From: Octopus sinensis
Taxonomy: Eukaryota
Assembly: GCF_006345805.1 (NCBI RefSeq)
Contig: NC_043000.1
Coordinates: 69,564,001-69,628,000, forward strand
Direction of reading: 5' to 3'
Length of the DNA stretch: 64,000 bases
Shown here: positions 23,250 through 36,265 of the stretch, one piece after another
How positions within the stretch are numbered: position 1 is the first letter of the stretch
Layout of the letters: every line of letters starts with the position of its first letter
The notes under the pieces: model-generated
Database searches by the model: none
The model's input: the letters and a program-made list of their open reading frames with translations, nothing else
Told to the model about the DNA's origin: nothing
Position numbers and translations under genes: made by a program

Positions 23250-26200
23250 TATAATTGTACCCACGTACCCACGAACACACCTACTCCCAACACACCACAC
23301 ACACACAACGTACATACACATGTACGCACACATACTTCCACACCTATACACCCCCACACCCCCACACACCCACACGCGCACACACACACATGCCCGTGCA
23401 CACACACACCAGGGACAATACTGATACAGATACGCACACTCCTATAAACACCTAGCTCAGACGCACAGATACACACACGTAAGCGCACACACGCACACAA
23501 GCACACGCATACATTCACACACACAAATACATACGTACACACACATAATACATACATAGATATATTCATACATACATACATACACACACACGCATACATA
23601 CATACATACATTCATACATACATACATACACACATACATACATACACTCACATACATACATACACACATACAGACACACACATACCCACACACAGAAGCA
23701 CACATACATACATACATACACATACATGCACACACATACACACATACATACATACACACACACGTACACACATACATATACATACATACATACATACACA
23801 CATACATACACACATACACACATACAAACATACATACACACACATACATATACACACACATACATATACATACATACATACATACACACAAATACACACA
23901 CATACACACACATACACACATACACACACATACATATACATACATACACACACATACACACATACACGCATACACACATACATACATACATACACACACA
24001 CATACATACATACATACGCACATACATACACACACACTTACATACATACATACACACACACATACATACACACACATACACACACATACACACACATACA
24101 TACACGCACATACACATACATACATACATACATATACACACATACTTACATACACACACGCATACAAATACATACATACACACACACATACACATATACA
24201 CACATACATACACACACGCATACATACATACATACATACATAGACACATATATACATACATACAGACAGACACACACATGCACACATACATACACATACA
24301 TACACACACATACACACACACATACATACTACACACACATACACACACATACACACATACATACATGCACACACGCGTACATATACATAGATACATACAT
24401 ACATACACACACACATACACCCGTACATACATACACACACACTTACATACACACACATACATACATACTTACACACATACACACATACATACACACACGC
24501 ATACATATACATACATACATACACATACACACACAAACATACAGACATACATACATACATACACACACATACATACATATATACACACATACATACACAC
24601 ATACATACATAGATACATACATACACAAACATACATATAAAATACATACATAAACACACACATACACACACACGCACGCACACAAACATACACACACACA
24701 CTTACATAGACACACACGTACATACATATATACATACACACACACTTACACACATACACACATACACACACACACATACATATATACATACATACATACA
24801 CACATACACACATACACATACACACACATACATACATACATACATACATACGCACATACATACACACACATATACACACATACACACACACATACACACA
24901 CACATACATACACATATATATACATACATACACACACATACATACACTACCTACATAGATACATACATACATACACACACACATACATATACATACATAC
25001 GTACACACACGCACATACACACATACACGCATGCATAAATACATACATACACACATACGTACATACATACATACATACATACATACACACACACTTACAC
25101 ACATACACACACACATACACACATACGTACATACATACATACACACACATACATACACACACATACATACATACATACATACACACATACACACACATAC
25201 ACACATACATACATACACACACGCATACATACACACATACACATATACATACATACACACACGCATACATATACATACATACATACATATACACACACAT
25301 ACACACATACATACACACACACATACATACACACATACATACATACATAGATACATACATACACACACACGCACATACATATACATACATACATACATAC
25401 ACACACACATGCACACATACACGCAGGCACACATACATACACACACACATACATACACACACATACATACACACACATATACACACATACATACACACAT
25501 ACACACATATATACATACACACACATACATATATGCATACACACATACACAGTCATACACACATACATACATACACGCACATACATACACACACATACAT
25601 ACACATACACACATACAAACATACACACACATACGTACACACATACATACATAGATACATACACATACATATACATACATACATACATACACACACATAC
25701 ACGCATACATACATACATACACATACACACACACTTACACACATACATACATACATACATACATACATACATACATACATACACACATATAAACATATAA
25801 ACACACATATAAGCCTCTACATTGTACAGACACGCACACATATATACATACATTCACTCGCACGCACGTACACACACACACACACACACACATTTACATA
25901 TATATACTATATACCCACACACACATACAGACGTACAAACACACACAAACTCACATACACACGGACAGATATACATACACAATATACACCTATCCGCGCA
26001 CGCACACATACACATAAACACATACAAACGCACACATACACGCACACACATACACGTACATACATACACACTCACACAAATGAACCCACACATACATCCC
26101 TACACATACACACGCACGTACAAGCACACACGCACACATACACTAGGTTAAGCACAGTTACTCGTCACACACCCAAACTCTACGCATACACACACGAACA

Positions 26201-26430
26201 CACACATGCACACACACACACACACACTACAAACAACACACACACATGATACTTATACTTACACGCACACACACATACCCCTTTGTTTTTTGACCTGGTT
26301 TTGACCTGGCTGGATTCAAACAGTGTCACTCCTTTATGACAGCTAGCTTGCTATGCCTATTATTCACCATACATACACACACAGACACGCACTCACGCAC
26401 AAACACACTTGTCATCCTTGCACACACACA
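23250..26430. repeat. ~3.2-kb degenerate (CA)/(CATA)/(TA) compound microsatellite
   Basis: Direct reading; preceded by a (TTA/TTTA)n tract at about 23160-23250. Confidence 0.97.
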
Positions 26431-26439
26431 CACACGCAC

Positions 26440-26732
26440 CCACACACATTCCTTGTCTCTGAAACTCTCTTGTTTTTAAAAATCATGATTCGTCTACTTC
26501 TCAACTTCTGTTCTTTCAACATGTGATCTCTTGAGCACCACCAGCAAAAATATTTTTTTCCTCTGTCTTCCTTTCTTGGGATCTTTCCTTCTCCTTGTTT
26601 CCGACGAAGAGCTCCGCTCGAAACGTTAAACCCTCCTTCCCTTCTTTCCTGAGCGTCAAATAATACTTTAATTGTTCCACATCCTCGCGTTGCGGTGTGT
26701 TTTTTTCTGTGTTTTCTTGTTTGGATTAACTT
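26440..26732 (+). mobile_element. PLE pseudo-LTR-like terminal repeat
   Basis: Homologous to 37745-37900 (reverse strand); contains a hammerhead-like motif and ends at (TA)n. Confidence 0.6.
26597..26631 (+). ncRNA. Minimal hammerhead-like motif with a mutated core (CCGACGA)
   Basis: GUUU-CCGACGA-A-GAGC(UCC)GCUC-GAAA-CG-UU-AAAC. Stems I and II are intact, but U4 is C. Confidence 0.55.
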
Positions 26733-26740
26733 TATATATA

Positions 26741-26801
<61 letters not shown>

Positions 26802-26857
26802 CATGTATGTATGTATGTATGTATGTATGTATGTATGTATGTATGTATGTATGTATA

Positions 26858-27200
26858 GGCGCAGTGTGACTGTGTGGTAAGTAGCTTGCTTACCAACCAC
26901 ATGGTTCCAACCAAACCGTTGTGAGTGGATTTGGTAGATGGAAATTGAAAGAAGCTCGTCGTATATATATATATATATATATAAATATATATATAAGGTG
27001 TGTGTGTGTGTGTATGTTTATGTGTCTGTGTTTGTCCCCCCAACATCGCTTGACAACCGATGCTGGTGTGCTTACGTCCCCATATTAGCGGCTCGGCGAA
27101 ATAGACCGATATAATAAGTCTTGGGGTCGATTTGCTCGACTAAATCGATGCTCCAGCATGGCCGCAGTCAAATGACTGCAATAAGTAAAAGAATATAAGA
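26858..27200 (+). mobile_element. SINE family 1 with an internal deletion removing the B-box region
   Basis: ggcgcag..gtggtaagtagcttgcttaccaaccacatggttcc joins to aaccaaa; internal (TA)/(TG)n; tail catggccg CAGTC aaat GACTG. Confidence 0.85.
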
Positions 27201-28299
27201 ATACATGTATATATACACTGGTGTTCGTAAATTTGATAGATAAGATACCGAGGATAAGTTGTAGAAAGAGGTATAGAGTTAGATAGGTGGGTTAGACAAA
27301 ATAAATGCGAGGGAAGAAGCGCAACAATAAGTGAGACGAAGGAAAGTATAGCTTAAGGGACTGAGTGAACAAAGCAAAGGGAAAGAAAGAAAAGAGACGG
27401 GGTAAGGGTGAAGAAGAGGTGGTAGTTAAGGCTCATAAGAATGAGTCACTCAGTCTATTATAGGCACGAGTTATAAACAATGGCTGTAAACCTAATTAGT
27501 GAGAGAGGTGTGATAGACGGGCCAGTACGAAGGATTCGCATTAATCATATTAGAACGGGATGGATAAGTATTTAAACGGAACCAACCAAAGTAGATTAGC
27601 AGCATATAGCGTGGCTATCGCTTTGTCTATAAATGTTACATATAAAAGAGGGGGAAAGTGAAGCACGAGATATGACGTTGAACTATCTATTATGAATGAA
27701 GAGTAAGGGAGACAATTCGGTGTATACACTGGAAGAGATTTAAGAGGTTGGTCATCTGAGTGGCGAAGCCATTGAATAGTAACAAGTGTTATGGAGGAAG
27801 TGGAAGGACGCAGATAGATACAGAGAATTGAGTTAGAGCATGATGATAAATGAGAATATGAAGGCATTTTGAAATAGCAGTGACAAAAGAAGGTAATTAC
27901 ATTAGAGAACCTTTTAAGGAAGAAGTCTACATTCCCAGGCAGTTTTCCTAGGGACGCTCGTCTGCATAAATTACATGATAATCGGTACGATGTTACAGCA
28001 TTGATATCAGGAGACGTCATACGGTATAGCACGAACATATTAACTCGTTCTCGAATAATAAATGAAAGTTATCTTACTCTCTGGCAACTTATACTCATAT
28101 CCAGTAAAAGAAATGAAGTTTATAGAGTATTATAGATTTATGAAGTCAATAACATCTATTATAAGCAGTAGTAAAACAGTTCATCTGTATAATGGAAAGC
28201 AGCTGGCTGTTGGTAATATGCAGGATAAAATCTCTCATCAGTTAACAGGAATAAATACAAACTGCGAAATGCGTTGGGCGCTCTATTCCTTTGTACACA

Positions 28300-28480
28300 C
28301 GTCATTTATTTATTTATCTATCTCCCTGTCTATCTGCCTCTCTGAGTGTTTCATTATCTCTCTCCCTCTCTCAATCATTCTCTCCCTCCCTCTCTCTTTC
28401 TCTCTCTTTCCCTCTCTCTTTCTCTCTCTCCCTCTCTCATTCTCTCTATCCGTCTCTCTTTCTCTCTCTCCCTCTTTTTC
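28300..28480. repeat. Degenerate (CT)n tract
   Basis: Direct reading of the sequence. Confidence 0.9.
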
Positions 28481-28724
28481 TCTTGTTTCACTTATTAGAA
28501 TGCAGCCTAAGTGGGGCACCACCTTGAAGAATTACAGCGAGACGAATCAACTCCCGTAATTATTTTTTTTTAAACCTGGGTCTTATACCATCGGTCTATT
28601 TTGCCGGTTGTCAAGCGGTGTTGGGAAGGAGGGACAGAGACATTAAGTCACGCACGCGCGCGCACACACACATACACACACGCCCACACACACAAATGCA
28701 TGTATATATATTATATACATTTCT

Positions 28725-28890
28725 ATAGTTAAGAGATGAAGAATTATTTACATTATTTACAATTAACGGATATTTGTCCTCATCTTGTTTGTTGTTAACA
28801 CAACGTTTCAGCTGATATACCCTCCAGCCTTCATCAGGTGTCTTGGAGGAATTTCGAACCTGGGTTCTCGTTCCTAAGGCCTTTTTCGAT
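28725..28890 (-). mobile_element. 3' part of a short hammerhead-bearing element (separated from its putative head at 30958-31020 by a Dong insertion)
   Basis: Minus strand reads (AAT)n-aac-atcgaaaaaggcc..gacacctgatgaaggctg..gaaacgttgtgtt..; the flanks on both sides of the Dong LINE are gaat(AAT)n-aac. Confidence 0.65.
28797..28842 (-). ncRNA. Minimal type-I hammerhead ribozyme with canonical core
   Basis: GACAC-CUGAUGA-A-GGCUG(GAGGGUAUAU)CAGCU-GAAA-CG-UU-GUGUU. Stem I is GACAC/GUGUU, stem II is GGCUG/CAGCU, and stem III is the palindromic ACGU. Confidence 0.75.
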
Positions 28891-28915
28891 GTTATTATTA
28901 TTATTATTATTATTA

Positions 28916-28954
<39 letters not shown>

Positions 28955-28956
<2 letters not shown>

Positions 28957-30927
28957 TATGTTTGACTTTTGCTTTATGTCTGTACAAGTTGGCTCCAAGT
29001 CTCACCCAGAGACCTCAAGAGACAACAGGTTGGAAGTTCTGTGCCATATATGTTGTACTAGTGAATGTCTAATACATAAAAATAAAAAATAAAATAAAAT
29101 AAAATAAAAAAAAAAATAAAAGATTAAAAAAAAAGTTTGTTTTAAACCTTGTGATTGCATAGAGAGTATTTTGCGTAGGATATGAGCAATTCCCATGAGC
29201 ACTATCTTTTGAATTTCTGCCATTTTGGGGTTTCCTGGTATTTGAGTTAGGTAGCAATCAGTCCCTTTCGCTATCATTCCCAGGGCACCTATGACAACAG
29301 GTATTGTTTTAGTCTTCAGCTTCCACATTTTGCTGATTTCTATTTCAAGATCTTTATATTTGCTCAGTTTTTGGTATGTCTTGACAGATACGTTTATATC
29401 GATTGGGACAGTCATATTAATGAGGAGGCATGTTCTTTGTCTGAAGTCTTTCAATATGATGTCTGGCCTATTTGCATATATCTTCCTGTCAGTTTGAATG
29501 GTGAAGTTCCAGAGGAGTGAGATGTGGTCATTTTCAAGCACTGGAGGTGGATTGTGTTCCCACCAGTTTTTTTCATGGGGCAAATCCAGGTTTTTGCAAA
29601 TTACCCAGTGAATATATTGTGCAGCTCTATCATGCCTATTGAGGTACTCTGTAGGCGATAGAAGACTGCATTTGGAGACAACATGATCAATGGTTTCATT
29701 TTGTTGTCGGCATACACGACATGTTGGGCTACTGCCGTTCTTTAATATGTTGGCCTGGTAGTTTCTTGTTGGTAGGCATTGATCTTGAGCTGCTATGATA
29801 AACCCCTCTGTTTCAGATTTTAAGCCAGAGGTCATTAGCCATTGATGGGTCAGGGCTTTGTCGATATCTGCATTATTCGCTCTCTTTGGGTATTTGTCAT
29901 AGAGAGGTTTTTCTTGCCATTTATTATTCAGAATATCTAAGGCCGCAGTTTTGGCACGGGTTTTCATGCGCCTAGCTTTTTCTGTGCTTGTTTCTTGTAT
30001 GTCTATCTGTAATTCCGAAATTGGTTGTATTCGGAATTCACTTAGATATTCCTTTGCCTGTTTTGTGACTGAGTATGATACTTTCTTGTTTTCATGTTTT
30101 GAGACAAGTTTTAACATCCAATCCTCAGAGTTTTTCAGGTAGGTGTCTAGGCCAATTGTAGCAATCTTCATTGTTATTGCCAGTTGCAAAAGACCACGAC
30201 CTCCCTCTTTTCTTGGCAGATAGAGTCGTTCTGTATCTGCCTTAGGGTGGTGCATTCTATGCATTGTCAACAGTTTCCTTATTTTTCTGTCGAGCTGACA
30301 TATTTCAGTAATTGACCAGTTAACAATATTGAAACTGTAAGTCACGACTGGTATGGCTAATGCATTGATCGCTTCGATCCTGTTTCTTGCATTCAGCTCT
30401 GTCTTGAGTATTGCTCTCACTCTTCGATAGCATTCTCTCCTTTCCTTCATCTCTGAATGCCTTATTCCGTTCCCTTCAATTACCCCTAGGTACTTGTAAC
30501 TCTCCGCTGGGTCTAGTTCTTTTATGACATTCTGCTGGTCAAGGTTAACGTTAGATGTTGCTGTCATTTTTCCTTTGATAAAGGTAGCTTTTGCACATTT
30601 ATCGAGGCCGAATTGCCTTCTGATGTCGTCACTGAATTGTTTGACTATCGCTAGTAAGCCCTTGAGTTGTTGGTCATTTTTTGCAAAAAACTTTAAATCA
30701 TCCATGTAAATGAGATGATTTATATTTTTATCAAGCATTTTATACCCGTACTGCGCGTCATTGAGCAGCTTTGAGAGAGGTATTAAGGATAAACAAAAGA
30801 GGAGTGGTGACAGTGAGTCACCCTGGAAAATGCCACACGAAAATTTTACATCACCAGCATTTAGGGATTCATTGTCACTGTTCAGAGTTAGTGTGGTTCT
30901 CCATGATCTCATACTTACAGTCAAGAA
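28955..30927 (-). mobile_element. 5'-truncated R4/Dong-clade RLE LINE inserted in (AAT)n (copy B)
   Basis: ORF 29002-30924 plus (AAT)n on both sides. Confidence 0.93.
29002..30924 (-). CDS. Dong/R4 RT C-terminal half, CCHC zinc knuckle and restriction-like endonuclease
   Basis: GIFQGDSLSPLLF, YMDDLK, YKYLGV, CRVC..ETIDHVVSKC, RHD, ANRPDIIL..KLSKYKDL. Confidence 0.9.
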   Translation of the reverse strand: MTVSMRSWRTTLTLNSDNESLNAGDVKFSCGIFQGDSLSPLLFCLSLIPLSKLLNDAQYGYKMLDKNINHLIYMDDLKFFAKNDQQLKGLLAIVKQFSDDIRRQFGLDKCAKATFIKGKMTATSNVNLDQQNVIKELDPAESYKYLGVIEGNGIRHSEMKERRECYRRVRAILKTELNARNRIEAINALAIPVVTYSFNIVNWSITEICQLDRKIRKLLTMHRMHHPKADTERLYLPRKEGGRGLLQLAITMKIATIGLDTYLKNSEDWMLKLVSKHENKKVSYSVTKQAKEYLSEFRIQPISELQIDIQETSTEKARRMKTRAKTAALDILNNKWQEKPLYDKYPKRANNADIDKALTHQWLMTSGLKSETEGFIIAAQDQCLPTRNYQANILKNGSSPTCRVCRQQNETIDHVVSKCSLLSPTEYLNRHDRAAQYIHWVICKNLDLPHEKNWWEHNPPPVLENDHISLLWNFTIQTDRKIYANRPDIILKDFRQRTCLLINMTVPIDINVSVKTYQKLSKYKDLEIEISKMWKLKTKTIPVVIGALGMIAKGTDCYLTQIPGNPKMAEIQKIVLMGIAHILRKILSMQSQGLKQTFFLIFYFFFYFILFYFLFLCIRHSLVQHIWHRTSNLLSLEVSG

Positions 30928-30928
30928 G

Positions 30929-30957
<29 letters not shown>

Positions 30958-30961
<4 letters not shown>

Positions 30962-31020
30962 TCACTGCCTGGAATCGAACTCGGAATCTTGGGGTTAGTA
31001 GCCCGCGCTCTTAACTACTA
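30958..31020 (-). mobile_element. tRNA-like SINE head (partial A box, B box GAGTTCGATTCC)
   Basis: gtagttaagagcgcgggctactaaccccaagattccgagttcgattccaggcagtgacctg followed by (AAT)n. Part of it is duplicated in inverted orientation at 31015-31052. Confidence 0.7.
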
Positions 31021-31129
31021 ACCTCAAGATTCCGAGTTCGATTCCAGGCAGTAACTAATAATAATAATGATAATGATATATACATATATATTTATTTATT
31101 TATTTACCAAAATTACATAAAAATATCTT

Positions 31130-31400
31130 GAAATACTAAAGAGTAAATATATTCAATAAAATCGCCATTCACTTCAAAGACGGCCTTTAGACAACTCCCT
31201 TCGGAATCTCCTGCAACTCTTCTGGACAGTCTATTTGTTTAAGTTGGTAAATGATGCCATGATCCTTGTCTTCAGTTCATCTTGGTGTTACAAGGTGTTT
31301 TTACAGGATTTTAACATCAAGGGGTAATGTAATAAATTCTAGACCGGGGCAAACATTGAGATGCTTGCACATGAGGAAATTCAAATTGGCGAAGTATAAA
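31130..31400 (-). pseudogene. 3' remnant of a Tc1/mariner (maT-like) transposase
   Basis: Broken frames: DELKTRIMASFTNLNK.TV..SCRRFR..KAVFEVNGDFIE. Confidence 0.55.
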
Positions 31401-33045
31401 TGAATAATTATCATTCAAGCCATACACGATTTTGAAATGACGGACTGAAAGTGATTACCCAATAAGAGCTTGAAATAGATATTGTCTGCGTCTGACTTCA
31501 CGGACAGCTCTAAATTATACAACGCAGTGTTTATAAAAGAAAATCATTAAACGGCTACACCGAGGGATATCAAGTTAAGACCCTAAAGAGAAAGCACCAT
31601 TTTATAGTAGAGTCGCAATTGTAACGATTACTAATCGGTGCAATTGACACATCTGTTGGTCTTAAAAGGCGGTATATAATTATAGAATTAAAGGTAATGC
31701 TATAGCTACTTCGAAGTAATCCTTATTTTTAATATTGTCAATATTAAACGGCCAGCTAAATAATAACTTTTGGAATGCGACAACATTTTATTAACAGGTA
31801 AATACTCTATTGATTTGTTTGACTAAACTCCTGAAGGTGTTGCTTTAATACGCTTGTAATATATTGACTGAAACAAGTAAACGATACAAAAATAAATGAT
31901 TAATTGAAAATAATTTAATCGACCAAGTCACTGAGTGATTAGCTACATAAGTGCGATACTCATTTAAATATTTTTTTTAATTTTTAAACTATCAAAAACA
32001 GATACAGTACTTAATTTAGCATAAGGAAATGAAGGCTAATCTATTGTGTAACAAGTTAACCATGGTCAGTTATAAATTATTCCGTGAATCTGCTGTTCTC
32101 TAATGTTTTAAATTAATGTCGTGTGAACATGAAAATGTTAGGCGTAAATTAAAATTGAACGTGAAAATGTAAGCCATAAATTAAAATTTTCATTTGCATG
32201 TTTTTGTATATATTAGTGTATGAATTCACACATATACGCGCGCACGCACACATACACATACACACAGATATATCGTTTTAAAACTTTAAAATATCTATAA
32301 GGAACAAGAAGTAAGGCATCTCTAAGCTAAACATATTTTACACCACCTACGGTAAAAATATCTGCCATATATGTTGTCATTTGAGCCCCTAAAAGATTTC
32401 GTAGCATTTCAGACGGAAATACTTGCTGCTATATCTTTTTAATGTAACATGCATTATTTTATTTCCGCATTTATAATTTTAAAAATATCTCACATTCTCG
32501 TGTTCGCTTCAAATAATATATCACTTACATATCGTCAGTGCCAAGACAGCACATATTTTCTCATGACACCGCTCCTAATAATAACAACCCCCGCATTTCT
32601 GTACCACTCCTATTTGTTATCTCTACTTTTGAGTTTATTCGCCAGCTATGGCTATTTCCATTTAGCAGCAATTCTAAATCATTTCAAAAAGAAGATAAGT
32701 TTGACCTTATAATGACTTTACAAACTAAAGATGGTTTTGTTATTTTGCCATAAATTTTCGACGTTGATAATGCACACAAACGCACGCACATACATACTTA
32801 AACACATAGACACACACACACACACACGAACAGCGGACCATACATACGCGCGCGTTTGTGTGTTTGTGTGTGGGTGTAGTCGTGTCCCTATTAGTGTGCG
32901 TGTATATATATGTGTATATATATAGTATGTATGTAGGCATGTTTGTGTGTGTGTGTATCTTCTACTTTTTTTAATTTCCTATATGTATCGTATATATATA
33001 ATATAATATTATACATCTATCGTACATATATATAAAAACTTAGAT

Positions 33046-34530
33046 AAACTTAGATAAACTTAGATACGTTTCGACCAAAGATTGGTCCAGGCCATGTCTA
33101 ACTTAATAGCACCACCTGATAGGATTATGCGAATCCTGTTTAAGGCAAGTTTTGTTCAAGTAGTGAGTTCTTGTTGGGTGAGTTGTATCCATTATGGGTG
33201 GCTTATCTGGTATTCTTTGAAGGAATCTATCCAGACTCCGTTTAAAGTTGATGGGATCCTTTTCCTCTTTGATCTCCTTCGGGACAATGTTAAATAGGGC
33301 AGGGCCTGTTGAGGAAAAGAAATTATGTTGCAGTGCACATGTATGTTGTGATCTTGAACTGGGCAGGGGTCGTATGGCCCGTGGTCCCAGTCTTGGATGA
33401 ACCTTGAAGCTAATGTTAAGGTCGTTTGGGCAAAGTTGGCGGTATATTCTCCACATCGTACAAATGATGTACCGCTCACTGCGACGCGGGAGGGAGTAAA
33501 GTTTCAAGGCTTTAAGGCGATCCCAATAATCGAGAGCGGCCATGCCTTCAATTCGTTTAGTGAGTGCCCTCTGGGGAGACTCAATTCTGGAGATGTTTTG
33601 TCTTGTATGGGGAGACCACAGTGGGCAGCAGTATTCAAGGTGTGGCCGTACAAGGGAGGAAAAAAAGTGGTATGATGACACCTTGTTCTCTGGACCGGAA
33701 AGTTCTTAAGATCCAGAAACTCATCCTACGAGCTATATCGACCTTCTTGTTGATGTGTGCACTCCAACTGAGATCGTCATCAACAATTACAACCCAGGTC
33801 TCTGATATTGTTAGAGGCTGTGAGCGGTTCCCCTGAAGAAAGAGAGTATGGTTGTTTTAGTGAGGAATTTCTTCCAAAATGCATCAGCTCAAATTTTCCC
33901 TCATTCAGTTGCATTTTGTTTCTGTCTGCCCATTGACTCACGGCATATACATCAGACTGGAGTTGAGTTCGGTCTGCTTCTTCATTGACGATTTGCTGGA
34001 GCTTAGTGTCATCAGCAAATATTTTCACTTTGCAGTAATGTACGACACTGGAAAGGTCGTTTATGTAAATTATGAAGAGTAGCGGACCCAAAACAGTCCC
34101 CTGGGGAACACCGCTGGTGACTTTTGCTGGGCTTGAGTGGACTCCATCAACTACAACATGTTGTGTTCTATTCGCCAGGAAATACTTAATCCAGTGTAGA
34201 ACTGTTCCCCGGATTCCAACATTTGCCAATTTTGAGAGTAGGATATTATGGTCTACCCTGTCGAACGCTTTACTGAAGTCAAGATATATGACGTCAGAGT
34301 TCGAACCTGTTCCCAGGCTTTGAGTATATCTTCAATGTGGTGTAAGAGCTGTGTTAGACAGTCCCTGCCACAGCGAAAGCCATGCTGATTTGCATTTAGG
34401 AGTTTGTGGGTCTCCAGGAAGTCAGCTATCCTTGATCTTAACACTCTTTCAAACAGTTTAATGATGTGGGAGATGAATGAGATTGGGCGATAGTTGACTG
34501 CGAGGGATCTGTTTCCCTGTTTGAAAACCG
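33046..34530 (-). mobile_element. 5'-truncated CR1-type LINE family B, copy 1 (frameshifted RT)
   Basis: NYRPIS, QHGFR, YLDFSKAFDRV, GVPQGTVLGPLLF, FADDTK, VRPHLEYCCPLWSP; (AAGTTTATCT)n tail. Confidence 0.92.
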
Positions 34531-34755
34531 ATATATATATGTGTATATCTGTGTGTGTGTGTGTGTGGTGTGTGTGTGTGTTGTGTGTGGGTGTAGTCGT
34601 GTCCCTATTAGTGTGCGTGTATATATATGTGTATATATATAGTATGTATGTAGGCATGTTTGTGTGTGTGTGTATCTTCTACTTTTTTTAATTTCCTATA
34701 TGTATCGTATATATATAATATAATATTATACATCTATCGTACATATATATAAAAA

Positions 34756-36248
34756 CTTAGATAAACTTAGATAAACTTAGATACGTTTCGACCAAAGATT
34801 GGTCCAGGCCATGTCTAACTTAATAGCACCACCTGATAGGATTATGCGAATCCTGTTTAAGGCAAGTTTTGTTCAAGTAGTGAGTTCTTGTTGGGTGAGT
34901 TGTATCCAATTATGGGTGGCTTATCTGGTATTCTTTGAAGGAATCTATCCAGACTCCGTTTAAAGTTGATGGGATCCTTTTCCTCTTTGATCTCCTTCGG
35001 GACAATATTAAATAGGGCAGGGCCTGTTGAGGAAAAGAAATTATGTTGCAGTGCACATGTATGTTGTGATCTTAAACTGGGCAGGGGTCGTATGGCCCGT
35101 GGTCCCAGTCTTGGATGAACCTTGAAGCTAATGTTAAGGTCGTTTGGGCAAAGTTGGCGGTATATTCTCCACATCGTACAAATGATGTACCGCTCACTGC
35201 GACGCGGGAGGGAGTAAAGTTTCAAGGCTTTAAGGCGATCCCAATAATCGAGAGCGGCCATGCCTTCAATTCGTTTAGTGAGTGCCCTCTGGGGAGACTC
35301 AATTCTGGAGATGTTTTGTCTTGTATGGGGAGACCACAGTGGGCAGCAGTATTCAAGGTGTGGCCGTACAAGGGAGGAAAAAAAGTGGTATGATGACACC
35401 TTGTTCTCTGGACCGGAAAGTTCTTAAGATCCAGAAACTCATCCTACGAGCTATATCGACCTTCTTGTTGATGTGTGCACTCCAACTGAGATCGTCATCA
35501 ACAATTACACCCAGGTCTCTGATATTGTTAGAGGCTGTGAGCGGTTCCCCTGAAGAAAGAGAGTATGGTTGTTTTAGTGAGGAATTTCTTCCAAAATGCA
35601 TCAGCTCAAATTTTCCCTCATTCAGTTGCATTTTGTTTCTGTCTGCCCATTGACTCACGGCATATACATCAGACTGGAGTTGAGTTCGGTCTGCTTCTTC
35701 ATTGACGATTTGCTGGAGCTTAGTGTCATCAGCAAATATTTTCACTTTGCAGTAATGTACGACACTGGAAAGGTCGTTTATGTAAATTATGAAGAGTAGC
35801 GGACCCAAAACAGTCCCCTGGGGAACACCGCTGGTGACTTTTGCTGGGCTTGAGTGGACTCCATCAACTACAACATGTTGTGTTCTATTCGCCAGGAAAT
35901 ACTTAATCCAGTGTAGAACTGTTCCCCGGATTCCAACATTTGCCAATTTTGAGAGTAGGATATTATGGTCTACCCTGTCGAACGCTTTACTGAAGTCAAG
36001 ATATATGACGTCAGAGTTCGAACCTGTTCCCAAGGCTTTGAGTATATCTTCAATGTGGTGTAAGAGCTGTGTTAGACAGTCCCTGCCACAGCGAAAGCCA
36101 TGCTGATTTGCATTTAGGAGTTTGTGGGTCTCCAGGAAGTCAGCTATCCTTGATCTTAACACTCTTTCAAACAGTTTAATGATGTGGGAGATGAATGAGA
36201 TTGGGCGATAGTTGACTGCGAGGGATCTGTTTCCCTGTTTGAAAACCG
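34756..36248 (-). mobile_element. 5'-truncated CR1-type LINE family B, copy 2
   Basis: ORFs 35353-36162 and 34857-35399 have the same motifs as copy 1 and the same 5' truncation point. Confidence 0.92.
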
Positions 36249-36265
36249 ATATATATATGTGTATA

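Noticed and set aside
23124-26249. Many long ORFs (up to 421 aa) of MCVY/HTHI type
   Set aside because: Stop-free translations of the CA/TA microsatellite; no protein-like complexity.
27450-28040. Possible ancient LINE RT C-terminal remnant (ORF 27550-28038, minus)
   Set aside because: No diagnostic motif could be read with confidence.
33050-33100. Hammerhead-like topology at CR1-B 3' ends (stem, GAAACGUA)
   Set aside because: The CUGANGA core is replaced by CAUGGCCUG; better explained as a LINE 3' recognition stem-loop.
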